Source: Spirochaetaceae bacterium
GTDB taxonomy: Bacteria > Spirochaetota > Spirochaetia > DSM-27196 > SLAA01
NCBI GenBank assembly: GCA_003552985.1
Contig: PUPD01000227.1
Span: 1-60,098, forward strand
DNA length: 60,098 bases
Direction of reading: 5' to 3'
The notes under the pieces are model-generated. The model did no database searches and was not told the DNA's origin. It saw only the letters and a program-made list of their open reading frames with translations. Both the position numbers and the translations under genes were made by a program. Below, piece by piece: positions 52,007 through 60,098 of this stretch. Numbering within the stretch: position 1 is the stretch's first letter; each line of letters begins with the position of its first letter.

Positions 52007-52957
52007 TCAATCAGCCCGCAGCGCCTCGATCAGCTCAGCGAGCACATCTGCAGCGCGATCGTTGGCCACCTGACAGGTTCCGGCAGCTGCGTGACCGCCG
52101 CCCCCGTAGCTGTGCATGAGATCGCCGACATTCGTCTTGCATGTCTTGTTAAAGATGGACTTCCCGAGTGTAAACACAGTGTTTTGCTTCCGAAAGCCCC
52201 AGATTATCTGAATGGAAACGTTCGTCTCGGGAAACAGCGCGTACTTGATGAATCGGTTTCCGGCGTAAACCGTCTCTTCTCCACGCATATCGATCACCAG
52301 TACGCTGTCCTCAAGGCGCGCACAGTTGCGGATTTGCTTCTTGAACATCTGCTCGTGCTCGAAATAGAGCTTCACTCGCTCGGCGACATCGGCTAAATCC
52401 AGAATCTCTTCGATCGCCAGCTCGCGGCAGTACTCGATAAGATCCAGCATGAGTTGATAATTGGAAATGCGAAAGTTCTTGAACCGTCCCAACCCGGTGC
52501 GGGCGTCCATGATGAAGTTGAGCAGGTCCCAGCGCTCGGGATGCAGTACTTCGTCCCTTGTAAAGCTTGCACTGTCGGCTTTGTCGACTGCCTCCAGCAT
52601 CTCGGCGGAAATATTCTTAAACCGGTCGGCGCCGCCGTAGTACTCATACACAACCCGCGCCGCCGACGGTGCGTCCGGGTCGATAATGTAATTCTGATAA
52701 CGATCCGCACGACGGGCTTCAGAATGGTGGTGATCGAATGCCAGGTGCACCCCTTCCACATACGGTAGATTGGTTATGATATCGTTTTCAGTGACCGCAA
52801 TCAGCCCATCCTGCATATCCTTGGGATGGACAAACTTGATCTCATCGATCACTCCGAGCTCGCGCAGTAACACGGCGCAGACTAGGCCGTCGAAGTCGCT
52901 GCGTGTCACCAGTCGATATCCCGTCCGCTGCTCGTTTGCGCTTTCAACTCTGACCAT
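52007..52957 (-). CDS. DHH/DHHA1 phosphoesterase (exopolyphosphatase/nanoRNase-like)
   Basis: Start ATG 52957; TRSDFDG, FDHH, APSAA, GGGHAAAG. Confidence 0.85.
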   Translation of the reverse strand: MVRVESANEQRTGYRLVTRSDFDGLVCAVLLRELGVIDEIKFVHPKDMQDGLIAVTENDIITNLPYVEGVHLAFDHHHSEARRADRYQNYIIDPDAPSAARVVYEYYGGADRFKNISAEMLEAVDKADSASFTRDEVLHPERWDLLNFIMDARTGLGRFKNFRISNYQLMLDLIEYCRELAIEEILDLADVAERVKLYFEHEQMFKKQIRNCARLEDSVLVIDMRGEETVYAGNRFIKYALFPETNVSIQIIWGFRKQNTVFTLGKSIFNKTCKTNVGDLMHSYGGGGHAAAGTCQVANDRAADVLAELIEALRAD

Positions 52958-53132
52958 GCCGGGGCCTCCTGCAACGGGTGCTATGCTATCCCATACTCGG
53001 GCAGTGGGCAAGCAAAAACTTACTCTGCAGCGCCGCGACTCTTCACGATCTCGCGCACCGGCTGTACCGGCACCTACCCAGACGTAACAAGCCTTGATCC
53101 CCGCTCGTCTGCATAGTATATAAGAACATGCC

Positions 53133-54218
53133 ATGTTGAGACGAGCCTCGCCTGATTATGACGGACTGATCCTGGCAGCGGATATCGGCGGCACTAACAC
53201 GCGTTTAGCGATAGTAGCCAAACAAGATAACAGCTTCCGGATCCTCGGACGCTTTCAAACCGCGACGCCGGAGCATGAACGCTTCGAGGATGTATTGACG
53301 CTTGCCTTGCAGGAGATGGGCAAAGAAACCGACCTCAGAGAGCTGTCGCTGTGCTGTATCAGTGCCGCAGGCCCGGTGGTAAATGATGAATGCCGTCTTA
53401 CCAACGCTCCCTGGACGATTCGGCGCAACTCCATCGAGCAGACGACCGGAGTACGTACCTACCTGGTCAATGATTTCAGCGCAATCAGCTATGCCCTGCC
53501 GCTCCTCGACCGCGAGAACCCTGATCAGGTGCTCGACCTCCCAACCGTCGAAGGAAACCACGCAGTACCGCAGGAAGGAATCGCGGCGGTAGTCGGCGCC
53601 GGAACGGGCCTGGGAGTGGGCTTCATCGCGACCGACAACGGGAGCTACCGTGCCTGGCCGTCGGAAGGAGGGCACACAGACCTTACCCCCTGCGACGAGC
53701 GGACTGATGCGCTGGTACGACATCTGCGTGCCGAGCTCGGCGGGCATCCTGACTGGGAGCACGTCGTCTCAGGTGCCGGAATCGCCAACGTGTTCGGTTT
53801 TCTGCGCACCCACGAGTTCAGCGACTATTACGCCGAGATCGTAAACCGGGTTCTCGAGCTTCCGGCGCGCGAACGCGCGGCGCAGATCTCGGCGGCAGCC
53901 CACCATGACCCGCTGTGCCGTGCTACGATGGAGTTTTTCGTTGAGCTTTATGCGCGAGCAGCGGCCGGGGTCGCGCTCCAGTTGCTTCCCACCGCCGGGC
54001 TTTATCTCGGCGGCGGCATCGCGCCCAAGAACCTGCGCTTCTTCACGGAAGAACACCGCTTCATGCGCAGCTTCTGCGGCAGTTTCCACGCCAAGTTTCG
54101 CAATATCCTGAGCTACACGCCGGTCAGCATCATAACCGACCCCGAGGTGTCGCTGTACGGGGCGGCACACGCAGCCACAACCCTCGATCGTGTAGCGGCA
54201 GCCGACCGGCCGCTGTAA
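53133..54218 (+). CDS. glk: Glucokinase
   Basis: DIGGTNTR, AGPV, LTNAPW, VNDF, GAGTGLG, SEGGH, GGGIAPK. Confidence 0.9.
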   Translation: MLRRASPDYDGLILAADIGGTNTRLAIVAKQDNSFRILGRFQTATPEHERFEDVLTLALQEMGKETDLRELSLCCISAAGPVVNDECRLTNAPWTIRRNSIEQTTGVRTYLVNDFSAISYALPLLDRENPDQVLDLPTVEGNHAVPQEGIAAVVGAGTGLGVGFIATDNGSYRAWPSEGGHTDLTPCDERTDALVRHLRAELGGHPDWEHVVSGAGIANVFGFLRTHEFSDYYAEIVNRVLELPARERAAQISAAAHHDPLCRATMEFFVELYARAAAGVALQLLPTAGLYLGGGIAPKNLRFFTEEHRFMRSFCGSFHAKFRNILSYTPVSIITDPEVSLYGAAHAATTLDRVAAADRPL

Positions 54219-54261
54219 CAATGGAAAGCACACTAGAGCCCTTGCTACGGAGGTGTTGACC

Positions 54262-55860
54262 ATGGCAGTCAGTGAAGCCTTACGACAGAGTATGATCGAA
54301 CAGGGAATCGATATCTCGTTGACCGAACAGATACTCGAGAACTACAACGCCGGACAGTACGATCACGTCACGCCGGTGGAAGTGAAGGACCTTCCCGAGA
54401 TCGACGGTGGCACCGTGATCGACATGACCGGCGATCTCGTGCTGACCGTTCCATGCGATGAGGCCGATCAGCGCCTCATCCGACTGGAGCCGGCTGTGGG
54501 CGAGCGTCTGCGCGTTGCTACGTTCGGCACCGTCGCCGCCGATGGTAAGGCCGCTCGTTTCACCCGCGCTCAGCTGCACGATCTCGGGCTTCGCATCCTG
54601 CCCGCGGTTGCATTCGGAGTGCTCAACGGAGGCTCGGCGACAAGCTACGCCGACGGCAAGAAGAACGCCGGCTTCAATTCGGAGCTGTTCGAGCTGCTGC
54701 ATCCGGAGTTCGAGCCGCTCGCCGCAGCAGTCCGCGGAAAGGCGAAAGGGATTACACCGGCCTTTCTGCAGCCTGACGGCAGCCCGGGACCGAGCTTCCT
54801 GGAGCTCAAGATGCGTAGCCTACTGATTCAGGCGCTGGAGTTTTCAGACCGTTTCGGGCCCCGCGAGGCTTTGTCCCCTAATGCGCCAATGTTCCAGATG
54901 ACGAGCGTGTACAACACCGAGGAGCTGACGGCTGCCTACCGCAGCTACCGGCACGAGTCACCGTTGCTGGCCGAGCTGATCGAAGCCACCGGCATCGATA
55001 TCACCGAGCCCCTTACAGGCGTACAACCGCTGCTCGCAGCGCTCACGCACTCCGACTATGGCAAACCCAAGCAGATCTTCGCCCAAGCCCACGGGCAACC
55101 CGAGACCGCGCTGCCGATTCCGGGTGGGCACGGGCAGAACTTCCATGTGCTGAAGAACATCTACCGTGATCTTTACCGCTCGGGTAAGCGGTTCGCCTAC
55201 CTCGGCAATGTCGACAACCTCGGGGCTACCGTTGATCCGGCCGCAGTGGCGTACCTGGCGCTATCCGGCAGACAGGCCGGATTCGAGTTCGCTTTCCGCA
55301 CCCCGGTCGACGTCAAGGGTGGTATACTCGTGATCGACCAGCACGGCCGCTATAACTGCGCCGATATCGGCCCTGCGATCAGCAGGGAAGAGGTTCTGAG
55401 AGCTGAGCGCTCCGGCAAACCTATACTGTTCAACTGCGCCACCGGTCTCTTTGATTTGGAGTATCTGGCCGAGAACATCGAAACGATCGCCGCTCAGCTG
55501 CCGATGCGGATCTCCGACCAGGACAAGGATGCCGGCAAATACGCTCAGGCAGAGCAGGTAACCTGGGAAATCATCGGGATGCTCGACGACTTTCTGGTCT
55601 TCGGAATCAACAAGTACGACCGCTTCCTGGCCGCAAAGCTCTTGATCGAGACCCTAATGACGAGCGGGATTAAGCTCGACCACCCACGCTATCCCCGCTC
55701 CGACGCCCCGACGCACGACCTGCAGGCCACGGCTGCAAAGCTCCACGCCGGGTTGCAACGGGTCCTGCATGGCCCGTACGGCATGCGGCTCGAGGGCGAC
55801 CGTTGGAGACCGATGACGGTCGATGAGCTGCGGGCGGCGCGCACCGCCCGGGGGGAATGA
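54262..55860 (+). CDS. UDPGP-family sugar-1-phosphate uridylyltransferase
   Basis: Start ATG 54262 after GGAGGTG; [36 protein letters not shown]. Confidence 0.8.
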   Translation: MAVSEALRQSMIEQGIDISLTEQILENYNAGQYDHVTPVEVKDLPEIDGGTVIDMTGDLVLTVPCDEADQRLIRLEPAVGERLRVATFGTVAADGKAARFTRAQLHDLGLRILPAVAFGVLNGGSATSYADGKKNAGFNSELFELLHPEFEPLAAAVRGKAKGITPAFLQPDGSPGPSFLELKMRSLLIQALEFSDRFGPREALSPNAPMFQMTSVYNTEELTAAYRSYRHESPLLAELIEATGIDITEPLTGVQPLLAALTHSDYGKPKQIFAQAHGQPETALPIPGGHGQNFHVLKNIYRDLYRSGKRFAYLGNVDNLGATVDPAAVAYLALSGRQAGFEFAFRTPVDVKGGILVIDQHGRYNCADIGPAISREEVLRAERSGKPILFNCATGLFDLEYLAENIETIAAQLPMRISDQDKDAGKYAQAEQVTWEIIGMLDDFLVFGINKYDRFLAAKLLIETLMTSGIKLDHPRYPRSDAPTHDLQATAAKLHAGLQRVLHGPYGMRLEGDRWRPMTVDELRAARTARGE

Positions 55861-56270
55861 GGATGAGCGATGCAGACCCGGCCCGGTCCCAAACACCGGG
55901 CTCCGAGCGCGAGGAAGGCTCCGCGTTGGCTCTCGATTTCGACAAGCTCGGGGGCCTGATCACGGCCGTCGCGCAGGACGCGGTGAGCGGTGAGGTGCTG
56001 ATGGTGGCGTTCATGGACCGCAATGCCTTCGCCGCGACCCGCACCAGCGGCTACGCGCACTATTACAGCCGCTCCCGCGGTCGACTCTGGCAGAAGGGCG
56101 AGAGCTCCGGGAACGTCCAGGAAGTCGAAGAGATCCGTGTCGACTGCGATCAGGATGCGGTGGTGCTGCGAGTCCGGCAGCGCGGCGGCGCCTGCCATAC
56201 CGGCCGCTCAACCTGCTTCTACCGCCGTCTTGACGACACGAAGCTGGTCTTACGGGACGAAGGCGCATAG
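55857..56270 (+). CDS. hisI: Phosphoribosyl-AMP cyclohydrolase
   Basis: [43 protein letters not shown]. Confidence 0.93.
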   Translation: MRMSDADPARSQTPGSEREEGSALALDFDKLGGLITAVAQDAVSGEVLMVAFMDRNAFAATRTSGYAHYYSRSRGRLWQKGESSGNVQEVEEIRVDCDQDAVVLRVRQRGGACHTGRSTCFYRRLDDTKLVLRDEGA

Positions 56271-56341
56271 CATCACCCCGAACACTCGTACCGCGGCCGT
56301 TGCGGGAACACGTTCCGCCTCCCGTTCCTCCCGTATGGCGC

Positions 56342-56866
56342 TCAGTCCGCGGTGAGCTCCTTATACAACAGGCTGTGTTGGATACCGGTATTGTTCTGAT
56401 ACTTGCCGGAGCGATAGCTCTCGTACTCGCCGTGGATGGTATGATAGAAGATCTGGCATATCTGAATGCCGGCGTAGATGCGGATCGGCTGTACGCAGAA
56501 TATCTCCAGCGTCCAGTACCCGCGGAACCCAACGTCTCCAAACCCGGCGGTGATATGCACAAACAGGCCTAGCCGCCCGATCGAGGAACGGCCTTCCAGC
56601 ATCGGCACCAACCCGTTCGTTGCGGTGTACTCCACAGTGCGCCCGAGGTACAGCCGGTTAGGCTCCAGCACCAGCCCCTCCGGCGGTATCCGCAGTACCG
56701 AGGACGTGTTCTCGACCCTCATATCGAGCTCACGCGAGTCGTAGCACCGTAGCTCGTCGTGGAGGCGCAGGTTGTAGCTATTGGGGTTCAGTTGCTTTGG
56801 GTCAAACGGCTCGATCACGATCTCGCTGCCGAGCGCCGCCTGTATCTGTTTTCCGGATAGAATCAT
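56342..56866 (-). CDS. dcd: dCTP deaminase
   Basis: MILSG, QLNPNSYNLRL, EGRSSIGRLG, AGFGDVGFRG..TLE, ICQI, GKYQ. Confidence 0.92.
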   Translation of the reverse strand: MILSGKQIQAALGSEIVIEPFDPKQLNPNSYNLRLHDELRCYDSRELDMRVENTSSVLRIPPEGLVLEPNRLYLGRTVEYTATNGLVPMLEGRSSIGRLGLFVHITAGFGDVGFRGYWTLEIFCVQPIRIYAGIQICQIFYHTIHGEYESYRSGKYQNNTGIQHSLLYKELTAD

Positions 56867-56868
56867 AT

Positions 56869-56895
56869 AAAAAAACGCGCCGTCTGAGCGGCGCG
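56869..56895 (-). terminator. Intrinsic terminator after the 56-aa gene
   Basis: CGCGCCG-CTCAGA-CGGCGCG-TTTTTTT. Confidence 0.8.
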
Positions 56896-56903
56896 CTGAG
56901 GAA

Positions 56904-57074
56904 CTACATCAGGTCGCGGGGTTTGCGACCCTGGTTCCCTGTCTTCTCACAGACTGCGAAATGGCGCATTCGTCCGTTTTCGAAGACCGACTTCATGATG
57001 ATCTTCCCGCCCCATTTACTGATCAGATCCTGGGAGCCTTCACGACGTGCGTTCTTGGATACCTTGGCGGCCAT
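56904..57074 (-). CDS. Small basic protein (56 aa), candidate spirochete bL38-like ribosomal protein
   Basis: Manual translation MAAKVSKNARREGSQDLISKWGGKIIMKSVFENGRMRHFAVCEKTGNQGRKPRDLM; AGGAGG SD, own promoter and terminator. Confidence 0.8.
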   Translation of the reverse strand: MAAKVSKNARREGSQDLISKWGGKIIMKSVFENGRMRHFAVCEKTGNQGRKPRDLM

Positions 57075-57094
57075 ACATTTTCCTCCTGTGAACG

Positions 57095-57123
57095 AAACTA
57101 TTCGTCACATACCGTTCCGTCAA
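57095..57123 (-). promoter_or_regulatory. sigma70-type promoter for the 56-aa gene
   Basis: TTGACG-17 nt-TAGTTT. Confidence 0.65.
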
Positions 57124-57287
57124 GTAGTTTGTTTTCTAATCAGGCTCGGTCCGGCCCTGCCGAAACCGCCGTTCCTCGCCACCGGCACGGCCGGTAGATG
57201 CGTGTTATATCACACGGTTCGCCCGTGCATCAACCCTGAGCTCTAGGCGCTGTGGCACGCGCGGCCCGCCAAAACGCAGCCATGACG

Positions 57288-57677
57288 CTACCGACGTCGG
57301 GTGACCCTCACCGTTGTGCGGTCGACGCCGGGCGGCATCCCCGGCTTGCTGACCGCAACCGACACCGTATGCACCGGCCGATAGGCGGACAAGACCGCAT
57401 CGGCGCATTCCGCCGCCGCGGTTTCCAGCAGATGCCGCGGCCTTGCGCGCATCACATCCCGTAACGTCTCGGTGACCGCCGCATAGTCTACGGCGTCCTC
57501 AAGTCGGTCGCTCCCGACCACCGAACTCGCGTCATAGCGCAGTTCGCAGTCAAGGCGCAGCCGCTGGGGAACCGCCCGCTCACCGGGCAGCGCGCCGATA
57601 AATGCCGTCAGCACCACACCGGTGAGCGTAATCGCAACATCAGCGGCACCGCGCTCGTATGATTTCGGTTCCGCCAT
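57288..57677 (-). CDS. folB: Dihydroneopterin aldolase
   Basis: IGALPGER..PQ, SDRLEDAVDYA, LLETAA, VSKP. Confidence 0.85.
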   Translation of the reverse strand: MAEPKSYERGAADVAITLTGVVLTAFIGALPGERAVPQRLRLDCELRYDASSVVGSDRLEDAVDYAAVTETLRDVMRARPRHLLETAAAECADAVLSAYRPVHTVSVAVSKPGMPPGVDRTTVRVTRRR

Positions 57678-57683
57678 CTTACG

Positions 57684-58505
57684 CTAGATATTGTGCGTCA
57701 AGAAGCCGCCGTCAACCGGAATCGTCACGCCGGTGATGAATCCCGAGGCTGCGTCGCTGGCAAGGAACACCGTGACTCCTTCCAGGTCGGCGGCCCGGCC
57801 GAAGCGCCCAAACGGAGTACGGTCGATCACCTGCCGGCCGCGCGGCGTCAGCTCACCCTTATCCTCATCGGCGATAAGCAGCGCCTTGTTCTGGTAACCG
57901 ATGAAGAACCCGGGCGAAATCCCGTTGACGCGAATCCCATGGGGTGCCAACTCGCGGGCAGAGCTGACGGTGAGATTCAGCACCGCGGTCTTCGCCGCGG
58001 TATAGGCATCCACGCCGGACAGCGGCGTGTACGAAGACATTGATGCGATATTGATGATGCTCCCCCCGCTTTGGCGTTCTTTCCAGGCATTCGCGCAGAT
58101 CTTGCTGGGAACAACCAAGCCCGCCAGCAAGTTCAGGCGCAGCACCTGTTCGAACTCATCGTTATCGATCTCGGTAAACGGCCGCTTGCCGATATTGCCC
58201 CCAACCCCGTTCACCAAAATCGTTGGATAGCCGACCAGCCGTTCGGTCTCGGCGAACGCCTCAGAGACGGCTCCGTCGTCGCCGGTGTCGACGGTTACAC
58301 CCTGAATGCGTTCGCCCGCGTCGGTCTGCCGACGCAGTCCCTCAACCGCTTCGGGAATCGGGTGGCTCCTGCCACGGCCCCAGAGACAAACCGAGGCGCC
58401 CGCCTTCAGAAGCCCCTGGGCCATCGCGCCGGGGATGACTCCCGCCCCGCCGGTAACAATCGCCGTTTTACCCTCGAGTGAGAACAGTTGCTCAAGACCC
58501 TGCAC
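57684..58505 (-). CDS. SDR oxidoreductase (D-mannonate/fructuronate reductase-like)
   Basis: TGGAGVI, INIASMSS.TPLS, YTAAK, PGFF..QNKALL, TPFGRFG, VDGGF. Confidence 0.8.
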   Translation of the reverse strand: MQGLEQLFSLEGKTAIVTGGAGVIPGAMAQGLLKAGASVCLWGRGRSHPIPEAVEGLRRQTDAGERIQGVTVDTGDDGAVSEAFAETERLVGYPTILVNGVGGNIGKRPFTEIDNDEFEQVLRLNLLAGLVVPSKICANAWKERQSGGSIINIASMSSYTPLSGVDAYTAAKTAVLNLTVSSARELAPHGIRVNGISPGFFIGYQNKALLIADEDKGELTPRGRQVIDRTPFGRFGRAADLEGVTVFLASDAASGFITGVTIPVDGGFLTHNI

Positions 58506-58604
58506 CTTGTACCTCCTGTGAATAGTCGTAATTGTCCAGGCGTCGGTCGGCAGATCATACGGCGGCCGAGGTGGCCGGGCCGGTCTCTCGGCGGCCGCTT
58601 CCGG

Positions 58605-59357
58605 CTAAACCGACACCACATCAAAGCCGAGGTCACGAAGATCCCGGCACTCGGCCTCGCCGAGGTCAGTGACGATCACATCGATCATTCCCGGTCGTGC
58701 AAACACCGCGAACGCCTCGGTCCGGAACTTAGAGGCATCCATCAGCATGATTCGCCGTTTCGCCGCCCGGCAGGCGGCTTCCTTGATCTGGGCTTCGTTC
58801 AGGTTCTGGGTCGTGAACACGCCCTGCTCCGAGAGCCCGCTTGTGCCGAGAAACGCCACATCGATATGAAACCGGGCGAAGGCATCAAGAGCGAGCGGGC
58901 CGACCAGGCTCCCCGCGTCGCGGCGAAACGCCCCGCCGACCGAGTGCAGCGCCACCGAGTCCGACTCGGAGAGCGCGAGCAGCACGTCGATGGAGTTTGT
59001 CACCACGCGCAGGCTCATCGGCACGAGCATCGCGGCAAAGGTGGCGCAGGTGGTCCCTGAGTCAAGGTACACCGTCTCGTCGTCACGCACGAGGCGGAGC
59101 GCCCGCTCAGCGATCCTTTGCTTTGCCTGGCGATGCTCCGAGCGCCGCATCCGCAACGGTCGGCTCGCGAGCCGGTTCTCGGCCGGCACGGCTCCGCCGC
59201 GTGTTCGCATGAGCAGCCCCATCTCCTCGAGGACCGTGAGGTCTTTGCGAATCGTGACCTCGGAGACACGCAGGCGCTCGGTTAACTCGCCGATGGTAAT
59301 CGCTTTCCGCGCCTGCACCATCCGCAGGATTGTGTCGTGGCGCGAGTTGCCCGCCAT
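58605..59357 (-). CDS. DeoR/GlpR-family transcriptional regulator
   Basis: Start ATG 59357; VSEVTIRKDL, RTRGGA, YLDSGTT, VTNS, DASKF. Confidence 0.93.
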   Translation of the reverse strand: MAGNSRHDTILRMVQARKAITIGELTERLRVSEVTIRKDLTVLEEMGLLMRTRGGAVPAENRLASRPLRMRRSEHRQAKQRIAERALRLVRDDETVYLDSGTTCATFAAMLVPMSLRVVTNSIDVLLALSESDSVALHSVGGAFRRDAGSLVGPLALDAFARFHIDVAFLGTSGLSEQGVFTTQNLNEAQIKEAACRAAKRRIMLMDASKFRTEAFAVFARPGMIDVIVTDLGEAECRDLRDLGFDVVSV

Positions 59358-59370
59358 ATGCTTACGTTTC

Positions 59371-59413
59371 CTTTCAGTTATACGTATATACCGAAAGTAA
59401 CGCTCCAAGTCAA
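59371..59413 (-). promoter_or_regulatory. Promoter with overlapping palindromic operator upstream of the DeoR gene
   Basis: TTGACT-17 nt-TATATA; inverted repeat CTTTCGGT-A-TATACGTATA-ACTGAAAG over the -10. Confidence 0.6.
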
Positions 59414-59444
59414 CCTGCGCGCGCAAGCCGTCGGCCGTAGCCGG

Positions 59445-60098
59445 TCACTCGTCCAGGAACACCATATCTTCGGGGCGAGCAACGATACCGGTGGCCTCCG
59501 GCCCCAGAAGCTCCCGCACCTCGCGGCTCTGCTTGCCGGCGATGGTCCGTAGCTGCACGCTGTCGAAACTGGACACGATCTTGGCTGCATCATTCACCAG
59601 GACGACCGCCCCGGCCGGAAAGACCCCCTCAACACCGCGAACACCCGAGACAAGCAGGCTGTTGCGGCGGCGGATCGCGGCAAGCGCGCCGTCGTCCACC
59701 AGAACCCGCCCCTGTGGTTCACTGTGCAGCAGCCAGCGCAGTCGGTTCTTCACACGCGGTCCGGCTCCGAACACGGTGCCAAGCTCTTCGCCGGCGATGA
59801 TTCGCTCCAGGACCCGGGTTTCCCTGCCGTGGGCAAGCACGGTGCGACAGCCGGCGTTACCCGCCACGCGGGCGGCCTTGAGTTTGGTGCGCATTCCTCC
59901 GGTGGCGTGCTCGGAGCCTGCACCGGCGGCACTCTGTTCTATTGCATCGGTCACCGTCTCCACTTCGGGCACCAGCTTCGCTTCGGAGTCGCGCCGAGGA
60001 TCGCGGTCGTAGAGGCCATCGATATCCGTCAGCATGATCAGGAGGTCTGCATCGAGCTTGCTCGCGACCAACGCGCTCAGCCGGTCGTTGTCCCCGAA
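59445..60098 (-). CDS. proB: Glutamate 5-kinase (3' part, with PUA domain)
   Basis: FGDNDRLSALVA, LTDIDGLY..DP, TGGMRTKLKAA, PUA VDDGA..SLL..G. Confidence 0.93.
   Translation of the reverse strand, partial: FGDNDRLSALVASKLDADLLIMLTDIDGLYDRDPRRDSEAKLVPEVETVTDAIEQSAAGAGSEHATGGMRTKLKAARVAGNAGCRTVLAHGRETRVLERIIAGEELGTVFGAGPRVKNRLRWLLHSEPQGRVLVDDGALAAIRRRNSLLVSGVRGVEGVFPAGAVVLVNDAAKIVSSFDSVQLRTIAGKQSREVRELLGPEATGIVARPEDMVFLDE

Noticed and set aside
57000-57020. Apparent frameshift in the 56-aa ORF at a G run
   Set aside because: Recounting gives TGG GGC GGG AAG, so the frame is intact
57082-58522. Shared TTCACAGGAGG upstream of the 56-aa gene and the SDR gene
   Set aside because: Mostly the SD itself; the extra matching bases are within chance

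Overview
Chromosomal window from a high-GC free-living spirochete (Spirochaetaceae-like). The assignment rests on spirochete-type uL1 and EF-Tu sequence, Asn at RpoB position 531 (E. coli numbering) and Cys-less 'ARGAAEE' sugar-binding proteins. 1-20.8 kb (minus strand) is the contiguous translation/transcription superoperon: tRNA-Thr, rpmG, tRNA-Trp, secE, nusG, rplKAJL, rpoBC, rpsLG, tuf, then S10-spc as far as rpsH. fusA is missing; in its place are a strong promoter and a structured ~155-nt leader ahead of tuf. 20.8-49 kb is an accessory amino-sugar/aminocyclitol utilisation region. It holds two sugar ABC importers without an ATPase, two AGE-family epimerases, a DUF4954-like protein, a sulfatase, three PIG-L deacetylases, two ceramidase-like hydrolases, an M20 deacylase, a G1PDH-like dehydrogenase, a Gfo/Idh/MocA oxidoreductase, a StsC-like (inosose-type) PLP aminotransferase and a tandem pair of Zn-motif-less ROK regulators. 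This region is the best candidate for an undescribed system: an import-and-degrade pathway for N-acylated aminocyclitols or amino sugars. 49-60 kb is mixed metabolism: PPi-type PFK, SIS protein, flavodoxin, DHH phosphoesterase, glk, UDPGP-family nucleotidyltransferase, hisI, dcd, an unannotated 56-aa basic protein, folB, an SDR, a DeoR regulator and partial proB. No integrase, IS or CRISPR array was seen. All family calls come from motif recognition by eye; no searches were run.
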